NCBI RefSeq assembly: GCF_006345805.1
Contig: NC_043012.1
Coordinates: 21,266,001-21,330,000, forward strand
Length of the DNA stretch: 64,000 nucleotides
DNA from: Octopus sinensis
Lineage: Eukaryota
Direction: 5' to 3'
Numbering within the stretch: the first letter of the stretch is position 1; each line of letters starts with the position of its first letter. Both the position numbers and the translations under genes were made by a program. This document shows, one piece after another, positions 1 through 13,687 of the stretch. The notes under the pieces were generated by a model, which did no database searches, had not been told where the DNA came from, and saw only the letters and a program-made list of their open reading frames with translations.

Positions 1-1642
1 AAACCCCTCGAAATACAATGAATTACATGTGGAATTCAGAAATTGGTTGTTGCCGGAGATTCGAACCTAGATGTCTTTGTCATACAGCTTATCAGATCTG
101 CGCTACAATATCACGTGGACAAGATTTTTAAGACGATGCAAAGATGTCATAGTCATCTTTGTACATGAGCTGTCCCAAAAGTTAAACTATAAATCTGAAG
201 GGAAACTAGAAACATTTTCACCTTTAAATCGATAGGAAGTCGTGCTATACTCGACGGCCACAACTAAAATGTTGATGACAATAACGATGGTAAAGAAGCT
301 GACAATGATGATGATGATGATGATGACAATGATGATTGTTATGAGGTTGTTGGGGGTTTTTTTTATTAAGTTATTATTACAGAAAGTCAAAAGTTATATG
401 TTCTTCATAATTTTCCGTGGAATGTCAGAAATAATAACAATCTTTAGAAAAAGTAAGTTTGAGAATATATTATATTATCGGAAAAATTCTGTTTCAAATT
501 TTGGCAGGAGGTCACCAATTTTATGAGAGGTTAGTCGATTGGATCAAGCCCAGTTCTTGGCGGCTACTTTATTTTATCGGAGCCGAAACGATGAGTGGCA
601 AAGTTGATTCTCGTCGGGATTTGAACACAGAACGTAAAGAGATGAAAGAAATACCGCTATGTATTTTATCCGTAGCTGCTAACGATTCTACCAGTTTCCC
701 GTCATTGGGTGAATGCTGGAAACGTCATCGTATATATGATATGAAAACGGAGATCTATATATTTGTATTGTTTATCTGACAAGCAGCGTGGTTCATTTGG
801 TTAGTTCAGGAAGAATAGAGTTAATGATAGGTTCCGTTCCTGACTAGAAATGTGTCACTTTCTCCACTAAAACCACCCTGTTAGCCATTCTTCCAACCAC
901 TGATGTGAATAGCACTAATTGGCCATTTGTGGATTGGATATTTCTGGTTGTAATAGATCAAATAGTAAATGACACATTTCATGCCTCTGGTGCGTGGGAT
1001 GAATGAATATTCATCTCTATTGTATATTTAGGGCAAGTCCACCTAACAGAAGATCGTCCGGCAGCAGGTTATGAATACAGGAGGAAATGAATTTACGACT
1101 GCATGCCATTAAAAAAAGGAGAAAAAAAAAACAAAAGCGAGAGAAAGAAACAAGAGCCTATTGTACAACGACATGTAAGCGGTCACGTAGATTTAAGTTA
1201 TTGTTTAAGTCAAGTATTCAAGACAGGGTTGAGGGTTGGTATTTGTAGATATGTACCAATAAATCTGTACATATGGTAGGCTGATATTTTCACAACTAAG
1301 TTAATACAACATAGGTGAAGGCTTGGGTATGCAGGTAAGAAGATTGCTTTGCAACCAGGTTGTTTCAGGTACAGTCCCTAGCTGCGGACCGATTTATGTT
1401 TTGTGAAAGGATTTGGGAGACGGAAACTGTATCGAAGCCTGTCATATTTATATGATTTAATGAATGCAACATTTAAATGTGAGCTACATTAGTTTTAGGC
1501 TCGTATAGCACAATAATTATTCTTTTCTACCCTAGGCACAAGGCCCGAAATTTTGGAGGAGGGGGACATTCGATTAGATAGACCCAAGTACTTAATTTAT
1601 CGACCCCGAAATGATGTAAGGCAAAGACAGACGAAAGACCTG

Positions 1643-1872
1643 TTTCTTTACTACCTACAAGGGGCTAAACACAGAGAGGACAAACAAGGACAGACAAACG
1701 GATTAAGTCGATTATATCGACCCCAGTGAGTAACTGGTACTTATTTAATCGACCCCGAAAGGATGAAAGGCAAAGTCGACCTCGGCGGAATTTGAACTGA
1801 GAACATAACGGCAGACGAAATACGGCTACGCAGTTCGCCCGGCGTGCTAACGTTTCTGCCAGCTCGCCGCCT
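1643..1872 (-). mobile_element. tRNA-derived SINE, family A, full length
   Basis: Sense strand: GGCGGCGAGCTGGCAGAA (A box)..GTTCAAATTCC (B box)..GTCGACTTTGCCTTTCATCCTTTCGGGGTCGAT (reminiscent of the Meta-type central domain)..GTAGTAAAGAAA. Confidence 0.9.
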
Positions 1873-2108
1873 TATAGCAGAATAATTTGTATAATCGGAC
1901 GGGTTAGCATAGCGTGCCGTCTGCAATTCTGCAATTGTTCAGGATCAAAATAAATATGGCTGTTCTCTGAGAAAAAAAAGAAAGAACGAGAAAATGAAAG
2001 CGTGGTAAGTTAGAAGGAGAATATTGGCAATAGATTGTATTGAATGAAGAATGATTGATGGGGTTAATCCGATGAATATACGCTTACTCGGAGAGGATGT
2101 ATAAGGCA

Positions 2109-2163
<55 letters not shown>

Positions 2164-2589
2164 ATATATATATATATATATATAATCAGTCTATCTATCT
2201 ATTATTATTATTATTATTATTCGACAGAAAAGAATTCCTATAATATCTTTATGTAAACAACTATTATATCACTTATTCATATCTCTCTTTACTGTTAATG
2301 GAGATACGATTTTAGGTGACCTACCCGCATGACTGCCACATAAGATTCATGCATGAATGTTGATCAATCAATCTGTATTTTAACGGATCGCGTTTTCAGT
2401 CACATACCTACATTTTTAACAACAACCAGAATAGATATAATTAGCGACACGGCCCCACATGCTGTATACTTACGAAAATCTAACGTGAAACTGGTAAAGC
2501 GAACTCCTATACTTAAAACATAATCAATTCTAATTAATCCTAATATATTTGCTGTATATGTTCAGCTTCATTTCTTTCATATATATATA

Positions 2590-2785
2590 AAGGGAAAGTT
2601 TACGAAAATAAACAAAAGACGAAGGCAGGTGCAGTACAAACAAACAAATGTATTAGTATAGCGCTCAGGAATAGAAAAAGTCTTTTACGTTTCGAGCCTA
2701 CGCTCTTCGACAGAAAGATACACACAAAAAAACAAGGAGAGAGAAAAATGCGTGTAGTAGCTAACGATCTATCAGGGCGTCTTAT
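2590..2785 (-). mobile_element. ~195-bp cassette between (TA)n runs carrying a hammerhead-like fold; probable Penelope-like (PLE) solo pLTR or retrozyme-like element
   Basis: Non-SINE sequence bounded by TA runs at ~2581-2590 and ~2784-2792. Contains the hammerhead-like fold at 2681-2718 and the motif GTATTA..CGCTCAGGAA (2650-2671), also present in the cassette at 39.7-39.9 kb. Confidence 0.6.
2681..2718 (-). ncRNA. Minimal type-I hammerhead ribozyme fold, A6U core variant
   Basis: Minus strand reads TCTTT CTGTCGA A GAGC gtag GCTC GAAA CG TA AAAGA: 5-bp stem I, 4-bp stem II, GAAA, palindromic ACGT helix III, GUA site. Core is CUGUCGA rather than CUGANGA. Confidence 0.6.
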
Positions 2786-2802
2786 ATATATACATCATGT
2801 GT

Positions 2803-3112
2803 GGAGGCGCGATGGGCCAATGGTTAGGGCAGCGGACTCGCGGTTGTAGGATCACGCTCTCGATTCCCAGACCGGACGTTGTGAGTGTTTATTGAGCAAA
2901 AAGACCTAAAGCTCCACTTGGCTCCCGCAAGGGCTGGTGGCGATCCCTGCTGTACTCTTTCGCCACAAATTTCTCTCACTCTTTCTTCTGTTGGCCTGGT
3001 CGCTTAGCCAGCGGGGTGGCGTCATTTGAAGCCTAAAACAATGCGAAGCGCATTGTGACCAGCGATGTGTAGCAACGTCTGATAGCCTGGTCGGTCACGG
3101 TGATCACGGTGA
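2803..3112 (+). mobile_element. SINE head C with tail X; second copy at 4532-4838(+)
   Basis: GGAGGCGC.ATGG.CCA.TGGTTAGGGCAGCGGACTCGC..CGATTCCCAGACC head; tail GCTTAGCCAGCGGGGTGGCGTCAT..GCGAAGCGCATTGTGACCAGCGATGTGTAG..GGTCGGTCA. Confidence 0.9.
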
Positions 3113-3123
3113 TATATATATCA

Positions 3124-3154
<31 letters not shown>

Positions 3155-3447
3155 CATGTATGTATACATGAGGGTAAAAAAAAACCTTCAGCCATGAATG
3201 ACCATGGGAATGCATCTAAAATGTTCCCCTCCAAGGTACAAGAGTCGGGACAAGGTTGTTTATGGAAGACCAGCAGCCGCCCATGCATACTCATGTCCCC
3301 TCAACCTGTCACCGATGTTATCTAAGGGAAAAGCAAACGGGCCGATACAGCTTGGCACCGTTAGATTTGCAGACCTGGCATACATTGCATTGAAAGTTGT
3401 GCACAGACATATAGGCAGAATAGTTCGTTTTCCATGGGTTCGCAAAT

Positions 3448-3480
<33 letters not shown>

Positions 3481-4082
3481 CAAACAGCCGATATGAAAGA
3501 ATACAAGGCACATGCTTAAATTACTGCTTCAGCGGGATCGAACCTGTCACCACATACTTAGGAAGCTCATTTCGTAACAGCAGGGTCATGCCTACGCTTT
3601 TCGTGTCCACAATGAAACAAACAATACAATCAAAATTGTGTTACATCAGCTCCACCTTCATTCACTTTAGCTTTTATGACAAATCGTTCTGTAAACGGTG
3701 CATTAAATCCACGTCTCATTCCTGATTGAAGATGACAAAATACTGGCTAATAGGGATTATTTACGGGCGTAATAGGCTGAAAGAGAGAGAGAGGGAGTAT
3801 GTGAGCAGAAAGAAGACAAGTTATAGAAGAAATTCTGAATTTAATAGACATGCAATGGAAATAACAAATAAAATTTAGGAAAGAGAAATAACACAGGACC
3901 ATTTTACTGTAATCACTGGTCTTAACTTCGTCTAAATGCCAATCATTTTCATGTGGGAGAATATTTGGTAAAAAAAAGAAAGAAAGAAAAGCAAATAAAT
4001 ATACGAATAGTCCATCGAGTAATTTGTTGATAAAAAAATGAAGCTTTTTGTTTGACTTATTTTGTTATTATATATATATAAT

Positions 4083-4492
4083 GGCGCAGGAGTAGCTGTG
4101 TGGTAAGTAGCTTGCTAACCAACCACATGGTTCCGGGTTCAGTCCCACTGCGTGGCATCTTGGGTAAGTGTCTTCTGCTATAGCCCCGGGCCGACCAATG
4201 CTTTGTGAGTGGATTTGGTAGACAGAAACTGAAAGAAGCCTGTCGTATATATGTACATATATATATATGTATGTGTGTGTGTGTTTGTGTGTCTGTGTTT
4301 GTCCCCCTAGCATTGCTTGACAACCGATGCTGGTGTGTTTACGTCCCCGTCACTTAGCGGTTCCGCAAAAGAGACCGATAGAATAAGTACTGGGCTTACA
4401 AAGAATAAGTCCCGGGGTCGATTTGCTCGACTAAAGGCCGTGCTCCAGCATGGCCGCAGTCAAATGACTGAAACAAGTAAAAGAGTAAAGAG

Positions 4493-4494
<2 letters not shown>
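4083..4494 (+). mobile_element. SINE family B, full length (tRNA head, CORE-like CTTGGG.AAGTGTC, internal (TA)n(TG)n, LINE-like tail)
   Basis: GGCGCAGGAGTAGCTGTGTGGTAAG..GGTTCAGTCCCA..GGAAACTGAAAGAAGCC..microsatellite..TGCTCCAGCATGGCCGCAGTCAAATGACTGAAACAAGTAAAAGA. Confidence 0.9.
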
Positions 4495-4532
<38 letters not shown>

Positions 4533-4909
4533 GAGGCGCAATGGCCCAGTGGTTAGGGCAGCGGACTCGCTGTCGTAGGTTCGTGATTTAGATTCCCAGA
4601 CCGAGCGTTGTGAGTGTTTATTGAGCGAAAACACCTCTAGATCCACGAGTCTGCGGCAGGGGATGGTGGCGATCCCTGCTGTACTCTTTCGCCACAACTT
4701 TCTCCCATTTTTCTGCTGTTGGCCTGCTCGCTTAGCCAGCGGGGTGGCGTCATCTGAAAGCTAAAACAATGCGAAGCGCATTGTGACCAGCGATGTGTAG
4801 AAACATCTGATAGCCTGGTCGGTCATGTGGTCATGTGGTATATATATATATATATAATATATATACGTATAAATATACATATGTATATATATATAATTTT
4901 TCATGTATA

Positions 4910-4961
<52 letters not shown>

Positions 4962-5580
4962 TGCCTATGGGCATCTTCGTATATTCATATATGCAATTAT
5001 ACACATATACATGCATACAGACGTACATATACAAGTACAAAGGCTGCCCATAGAGTGGACCTTTGGTCAAGTCCCTTCGGAGGCCAGTTGGGCCTCTGTC
5101 GTAACGATCGTAAAACTGAAGAATCCATAAAAAGTAAGACACAAGATAACATTAATAATTCTTCATTGCAAAAATTTAATTGATCATAAGATGCACCATA
5201 GGAACACCTCTCCCGTCTTTCCGCTGCCTTCGAACCTTTGATTTTTAGAGACGCATTGTATTTTAAATAACTGCCAAATACTTGATATTATCCTTCCACT
5301 TAAGTTTTGATTTACTTCTCCTTTTCTCAACCATTTTACATTCTATTAACCCATTTTTTCTAACTGTTCAAAATATTTTAGTTTCCTCTTGTTGACGGCA
5401 CCTAATAAAATTTTGTTAGTTTTTGCCAATTTTATTGCTTCATCATTGGTTGTATGTCATGTCAGATTATATTCTCAGAAGTTTTCTAAATTCTATGCTG
5501 ACATCTCAAAGTTTTGTAACCTGTTTGACAATACTTTTGTTAATGTCCACGTTTCGACAGCGTAAAGTAGATCTTGCACG

Positions 5581-5625
<45 letters not shown>

Positions 5626-6775
5626 GCGCATTTTAAGTTTTAGTTAGCCAATAGCAACGCTAATTAGCTTTTGTTAAAACTCAATATGCATAGCTCCGGG
5701 CCGACTAATATCTAGTGGGGAGAATTTGGTTGCCGGAAACTGTACGGAAGCCCGTTGTGTGTGTGTGTATCTTTGTGCTGGTGTTTGTCTTCCCTCCCTC
5801 CCCACCGCTTGACAATCGGTGCTCTTTCCGTTGTTTACGTCCTCATAACACAGCGTTTCGATAAAAGTCTCTGACAGAATAAGTACCCTACTCAAAAATT
5901 AAATACGGGATCGATTTTTTTCGACTAAACTCTTGAAGTCGGTGCTCCAGCATAGCCACAGTCCAAAGACTGATTCCAGTAAAAGATAAACGATATCAAC
6001 TTAAGAATATATAACGAGCAGGACGGTGACACATCCTCCTTTGCTCTTCTGTGAGCGCTTCTCTGCGCTAATTGCGTTAACTTATTACAATTAAGGACAT
6101 TTTCTGTGCATTGAAAATATTTAGCATTTAGTTTCTATATTATACTTAAATGATTTCAAATGCTCCAAGGGAACCGAATACGGGTTTCTAAGGGCGAAAT
6201 TAGACCAACTGTGGCCACCGCAACTGTCTGTGCTCAAGTCGGTGCTCTTCAAGTCGGTGCGCCAGCATAGCCACAGTCCAAAGACTGATTCCAGTAAAAG
6301 ATAAAAGATATCAACTGTCTACACATCTGAGATGACACTATTTCATATGTTCTTTCCGTTTTTTTTTTCAAACAACAGGCACTAGGGTATGACTTGAGCG
6401 ATGAGGCTGCTATTTCTAGCGATTTTACTCACTGCTTAGTGGTTCATTCGTTAGCAAGTATGTTTGTGTAGTTGAAAATGCGTGGCCTAGAGATTAGGAA
6501 GTTGCACTCACGGTCGCAAGAGCGTGATTTCGATTCCTGGACCGGTTGATGCGTTGTTCTTGAGCCCAAAACTTTTCATTTGACGTTACTGCAGTCCACC
6601 TACCTCTAAATGAGTAACCATACGCCGGACTAGCGTCTCGTCCAGGAGGGTCTTGGGATCTAGGTCGCTCATACGACACAAAAACCTCCACGACACTACT
6701 GCTTTAGTTTCAACACGCGGAAACAAGATCAAATCACTTGTTTGGCAAATACATCTCCAACAGACAGACAGACAT

Positions 6776-6848
<73 letters not shown>

Positions 6849-7170
6849 GTAAAGGAGGGCTTACTGGGATAAAATACTGACAAATTAAAATAAAGAAATA
6901 GCGTGGCGTCAGAGATAGTTGATACTCTCGTTGTCAGTGACTTCGAAGCTTTACTGCACGTTGTAAACCAGCAAAAATCTGAAGTTGCTGTCAATAAAAC
7001 CGTTAACACAGTCTGCTTCTACACGACAATATCTAAAGTGAATCCCTTTTTACAATTTACTGTTTCATGCTGATAAAGCATCCACCATCTCTGTTGCTCT
7101 CTCTCTCTCTCTCATTTTTCTCTCTACCACCCTCTTTCTCTGTACACACACTATATATATATATATATAT

Positions 7171-7207
<37 letters not shown>

Positions 7208-8023
7208 TGATCACCATTATCGTCATTTACATGCCCGTCCAGTATATATTGTACAACATATATAAAGGCAACTTTCTCCCTCTGCTCTACCCCCATTCGT
7301 ATAATATATCGATTGTTGCTTATTTTATCGATCTCATGCAGATGAAAGCCAAAAGGACAGGTCGACCCGCGTTTCATTTGAAGCAAGTACATACATCAGG
7401 AGATATAATTTTTGTCTGAAGCTCCACCGATTCGGCTTTACTTCTAAGCTTGTTTTTTCTTTTTAGTATTATTATTTTTAGAAGAGGACACACCAAACGA
7501 AGTGATAACGAATGTCAGTCAGACGACTCGGTTTCTCTACTGAGACTAAATTTTCTCTTCGGGAATAAATAAATCAATGAAATACACTCAAAAAGTAGCT
7601 GAAAAAGAGATTAAACCATTGCAAAATTATTTCATGCATCGCAAAATAATGAGGATAAAATACGAGTGTACACGACAAGCGTTGTAATATATATGAACAT
7701 CACTTTGAACCAGAAATTGATTGAAAACACAATCTCAAGTATTGTTTGCCAGCACACCCCATCTCTCAGTCCCTCCTACTTCTCTCCCTCCCCCCTCTCT
7801 CTCTCTCTCCCTCTCCACACATATATATATATGCACACATACACAAACATTCTTATTTATACGTATTCTATACATGCACACACACACACACACACACACA
7901 CATAGACACGTATATACCAGCCAATAAATTTCTGTGTAGCAGAAACGATTAGAGTTACGTATATCTGAACTAATTTTTATCGTGCTTTTGTTTATAAATC
8001 GATCTACCTCCATGTTTATATAA

Positions 8024-8089
<66 letters not shown>

Positions 8090-8292
8090 CAAAAGAGTAT
8101 TGATGGAATTTAAAAATTTAAACAGCCATCAAGTTAAAACACAGATATGTTCTCTTGTAAAAATCAGCTGCTCTCTGGACGCCAATGTGATGAGAATAAT
8201 ACAAAAAAAATAGTACATCTATGGACCATTGATACTGGGTTTGCAAATCCAGTGGCCAAGACACACTTTCAGCTTTATAGCTATTATTTTTT

Positions 8293-8524
8293 TTCCTTTA
8301 CTACCCACAAGGGGCTAAACACAGAGAGGACAAACAAGGACAGACAAACGGATTAAGTCGATTATATCGACCCCAGTGCGTAACTGGTACTTAATTTATC
8401 GACTCCGAAAGGATGAAAGGCAAAGTCGGACCTCGGCGGAATTTAAACTCAGAACGTACTGGCACACGAAATACGGCTACGTATTTCGCCCCGGCGTGCT
8501 AACGTTTCTGCCAGCTCGCCGCCT
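8293..8524 (-). mobile_element. SINE family A, full length
   Basis: Near-identical to 1643-1872. Confidence 0.9.
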
Positions 8525-9384
8525 CTATAGCTATTATTGTTGAAGCAACAGGTTACATACCAGTAGGTCTGGAGCAAGGTTTGGCCGAACTTAGACTCTT
8601 GGGGAGAGAGAACATAAATGCTTAATTTATACACTGCAAATGATAACGGTGTCTGGGACTATAAAAATCTGCAAGAATGACGAACAAAGGAAGATGCTTT
8701 CCTTCATAACCTTGCTGCCAACCAGGTACCCGGTCAAAATTTATTCTAAATTAGGTGAAAGAGAAAGAGTACATACATACATACACACATACATACATAC
8801 ATACACACATACATACATACATACAATACAGAACATAGATACGACATCAACATAGAAACATACATACTAAATAATACAATTAATACATATATACATAGAT
8901 CATCTACATATCATACATCACATCAGACATACATACATTACATACAATTACATACACACTACATACAAATATACATACACACCATATACATACATACATA
9001 CATACATACATACATAAATACATACATACATACAGATACATACATCCAACATACATACATACATATCTACATACCTCATACAAGAATACATACAATTACA
9101 TACATATATACATACATACAAACATATAATACATACATATATACATATAATACATACATACATACATACATACATCTAATACTACATACACATACATACA
9201 ACATTACATACATAAATACATACATACATTACATACACATCTTGAACTGTAGGGATATTTTTCGATAAAGATAATGACTACTTTGGTATTTTCCTTCAGG
9301 ATTGCTCGTAGAGGCGGGTGCCATACAAAAAATCTTGCTTCCAAGACTGTAACAGATACTTCTATCATTCGCGATGCGTATAGT

Positions 9385-9484
9385 NNNNNNNNNNNNNNNN
9401 NNNNNNNNNNNNNNNNNNNNNNNNNNNNNNNNNNNNNNNNNNNNNNNNNNNNNNNNNNNNNNNNNNNNNNNNNNNNNNNNNNNN
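9385..9484. other. Assembly gap (100 N)
   Basis: N run next to a long degenerate (TACA)n tract at ~8770-9240. Confidence 1.
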
Positions 9485-11379
9485 TACATACATACATACA
9501 GCATTGTTACGCATATATTATTTGTACGCACATGTATGACTGCAGTTAATGGTTTGCATCCTGTAAAACGATAACAAAAAAACATGTATGGAAGGCTATG
9601 AATAAATATACATAATTACATATCTTTGTGTATGTCTTTGTGTGCGCAACGGTATATATATATACATACTATACTATACTATACTATACTATACTATACT
9701 ACACTATATTATACTACACTATACTATACTATACACCTTTGGTGCAACAAATTTTCTCAAATTAGCTACCTACAATTTCCTTAATGCTTTAATGTTCAGG
9801 AAAACAGCTTACACATTAGTTTCGAATTCACGATACGGAACTCTATTCTCCTTTTTGCTTTCAATACATCTGATGGATCCAATACACATACTTAACGTGA
9901 GATATAACAACGATGCGTTATCCTTTCTAACAAACTACATTTGGTTGTTTGCATGTTTATATACCACGAAACGTATATTCTGCTTCGCTAATTCATTTAG
10001 GCTACTTTTTATAGCCATTTAAATGTTATACTCATATCGAATAGGCTATCTGTTTTCTGTTTTTGGCTAACTTCTTCAGAACAACTGAAACATTTCCAGA
10101 TCTACTGAACAGCAATTTGTTTTTGGGTTTTTTTTTACGGAATATTCGTTTATTGCTTTACACATTAATATTGATATTTAATTTTGGCACAAGTACATAT
10201 GTCTATCGTGGGAGCGGGCTAAATCAATTGCATCTGCATTCAAACGTTTAAGGGTACCCCTTTTACTACCCTTGAAAAGATGGAAGTCAAAATAAAACGT
10301 GGTGGTATTGGATGTAAAACCACCTTAATACAGTAGGATATTTTAGTTCGAAGCTTTACCATTTTTATCATTCCACGCCGTTTTTCAAAAGATTATTACA
10401 CACATAATGTCATATTCTTTTAACCACATCTCTCTGAGCAATCTCATACATTTAGTTTCCCTTCCATTCACTTGGATGCCCTTCTGTTACTAAAATCAGA
10501 GAGTGAGACGTTTTGGCACAGACGTTTTGGCACAGACGTTTTAGCGTTGATGATTCGACGTTGACTTATTTGACATCAAACATTTTAACGGCTCTCTCTC
10601 TCTCTATATATATCTATCTATTTATCATCTATCTATCTATCTCTCTATAAATGTATAAATGTATATTACTGCGCGCGTATGTGTTTGCTTCACACACCAA
10701 AAAACACTGCCGGCAAAAACCGACTGAATATCCAGTCAGCCTTGTTGAAATCGTCAGCCGACAGACAGTTGCGCCCAATAGTCCCATTTCTCTAAATCGA
10801 TAGTGTGTACTTCGTTTTTTTTTTGTTTGTTTGTTTGTTTTTTTGCTTTGTGTTTTTTTTTAAGGACGTTATAATGTCTTTGTATCTCCTCTTCTAACTT
10901 TTCTCCCAGAAATTCATGGTAATATCTTTGAAACTGTGTGACTTCATCTTCCATTTCACTTTCTTACATTCCTATTCTCTTTATTTCCATATATTATCTA
11001 GGAATTATCTCGTCACTTACACCGTTGATCTCACTGGGAAAGCGTTGAAAGCCACAGGCCGTTTTCACCTGCGCGGATTTCAATGTCTGATCAATAAAAC
11101 AAACTATTTATAAAAGAATAAAATTGTATTTATCCAATACTTTCATCTGTGAAATTAGAACAACTTCTGAATAATCTTTTATTCGTACAGTCATTGGAGC
11201 GCGGCCACGCTGGAGCTCTTTCCTGAAATGCTTTAGTCGAACAAGTCGATCTCCTTATGTTGGGTTTTTGTATTTAAGCCTAATATCTCATCGGTCTCTT
11301 TTGCCGAACTGCTAGTGTACGGGGACTTAAACAAACCAACGGTGGTTATCAAGTGGTAAGGTGTGACAAGCACACACTC

Positions 11380-11445
<66 letters not shown>

Positions 11446-11883
11446 TGTATGTACGATGGATTTCCACAGTTTCCGTCTACCAAAGTCGCTCTTGGAGATG
11501 GTAGATTTTTCCAAGGGTACTGAACGACAAACCTCATGGTCAAAAGTTTAAGACAGAACAGAGGAACTTGTTGAGGAACGGGCCTGACACCGATTATGCA
11601 AAAGTACGTCTGCCATTTTACTTCACCAACCATCAAACTGATCTAAGACAACACGCACCATTGTAATCTCAGTCACTTACACACCATGGAAACGAGATTA
11701 AATTCCGACCTTGGGAGCTCGAAGGTTCATGACAGACCTAAACTAAAGTTAAGTAGATAATAATATATTTCTAGTTGTGTAGAATGTTTAACTTCTTCGA
11801 CTAAACCATTTTGTTACTGCTCGAAGAATTGAACTCTCAGACACTGCAGACCAACGAAAAGACTCGTCAATTCTACAGCGCTG

Positions 11884-11918
<35 letters not shown>

Positions 11919-12155
11919 ATTGCTACAGTGCTGCTGCTACGGTTACTGCGGTTACAACTACTGCGACTTAATAAATTGCTGTCAACCTAAGGCACGTATT
12001 TAGAGATATTTAGATCCGCCCTTAGTTCCCTGACCACAGACGAAACTCTCTGCATATTACCAGTGGGAGGACATGAACATCACAACTTTTCAGTTAAGTG
12101 TCACGTCATGCTTATACTCAACCAACCTCATAGCTCTCTCTCTCTCTCTCTCTTC

Positions 12156-12193
<38 letters not shown>

Positions 12194-12535
12194 CTTCTTT
12201 CTGTCACTCTTCTCTCATTCTCTCTACACTATTATATTATATGATCTAATTCAGTCAGTTTTCTATAAAGACGACCTTTAAGCGAAGGGTAGAACCAAAA
12301 ATAGACTGTGTGTCGCCTGTACATTTATATCTAACTGTAGCCATTGTAGCTAACACTATGACATAGCTTGACGTGAATTTGAATTGATGCGATTCGTTGA
12401 TATTATTAAACCAGAAAGAACTGCACTACGAAAGTCTGCCTTCTTTACAAAACGACCTTATTCTAACTCGTTCTACTTCTCTCACTTTATCTCTCTCCTT
12501 ATCTATCTATCTATCTATCTATCGAATATCTATAT

Positions 12536-12599
<64 letters not shown>

Positions 12600-13105
12600 A
12601 CTATTATCTATCTTTGTATCATGCAATAGTCTTTGTAACTTACACACATATACATTCACGCGTATAAACACACCAAAGCAATATTCGCACATAAAAATCA
12701 TCTTTTGAAAAGTTACTATTGTCAAATAAAAAAAAGAACACCAGTTGCAGACCAAATAAACTTAGAAACAAACACGCTCACGTGCGCAAAGATTCTCGTT
12801 TAGCTTAATGTCACCCGCATGAACACACACACACACACACACACTTACATGTTTAACAAGTACAATCAAACCATGGTATGTGTGTAGTGTGTGTGTGTGT
12901 GTGTGCAGGTATGCATAAAGGTTTATAGCACAACATACTTTCACACCTGATACTATTGTCTGTGTGGATTAGAAGCCCGCTTCCCAATCATGCGGGCTTG
13001 GGTTCAATCCTACTGTACAGCAACTTCAATAGGTGTCTTCTAATATAGCCCCGACCAAAGCCTTGTGAGAGGACTTGGTAGACGGAAACTGGAAGAAGCC
13101 CATCG

Positions 13106-13198
<93 letters not shown>

Positions 13199-13687
13199 GC
13201 ACACGCATTTATGTATATGTTTTGCAAGATTCCTCCAAAATATAACAGTGTGTGTGTGTGTGTCCGTTCCCAAGCATCACTTGACAACTGTTGGTTTGTT
13301 TACGTCCCCGTAACTTAGCGGTTCGGTAAAAAGATATTGGTAGAACAAGTACCAGACTTTAAAATAAGTACTGTAGTTAATTTGTTCACCTAAGCCTTTC
13401 AATGTGGTGCCCCAGCATGGTCGAAGTCCAATGAATGAAACAGTTAAAAAAGATATCTACATTCGCCTTGAAACACGTGTGTGTACGCTCGCCCTACAGA
13501 ACACATAACAAATGAGTTACCGCCTTTTATTGCTCAGAAACTGCGTCCGTGTGAGAGAAAATAGAAAACAATAGCTAAAAGGTACGTATGAAAAGAATTC
13601 TGTCACAGTGTGTTACAACTAATGTCATTCTACCAAGATGAAGACGAGGCTTCTCTGTGGTGGCCACGCGCCTTCAAATAGTATCTT

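Noticed and set aside
847-980. 11-14 bp inverted repeat (GAAATGTGTCA / TGACACATTTC) about 110 bp apart
   Set aside because: Too short and no matching TSD; could be an old MITE or chance.
2803-2875. tRNA-like sequences at SINE 5' ends (also 4083, 17810-17900, 18309, 20462 and others)
   Set aside because: They have A/B boxes but no complete cloverleaf or acceptor stem, and they continue into SINE bodies. Not tRNA genes.
10506-10545. GACGTTTTGGCACA x2.5, and the 21-bp x3 repeat at 38546-38605; superficially CRISPR-like
   Set aside because: Contiguous tandem units with no unique spacers, in a eukaryotic context with no cas genes. Probably DNA-transposon subterminal remnants.
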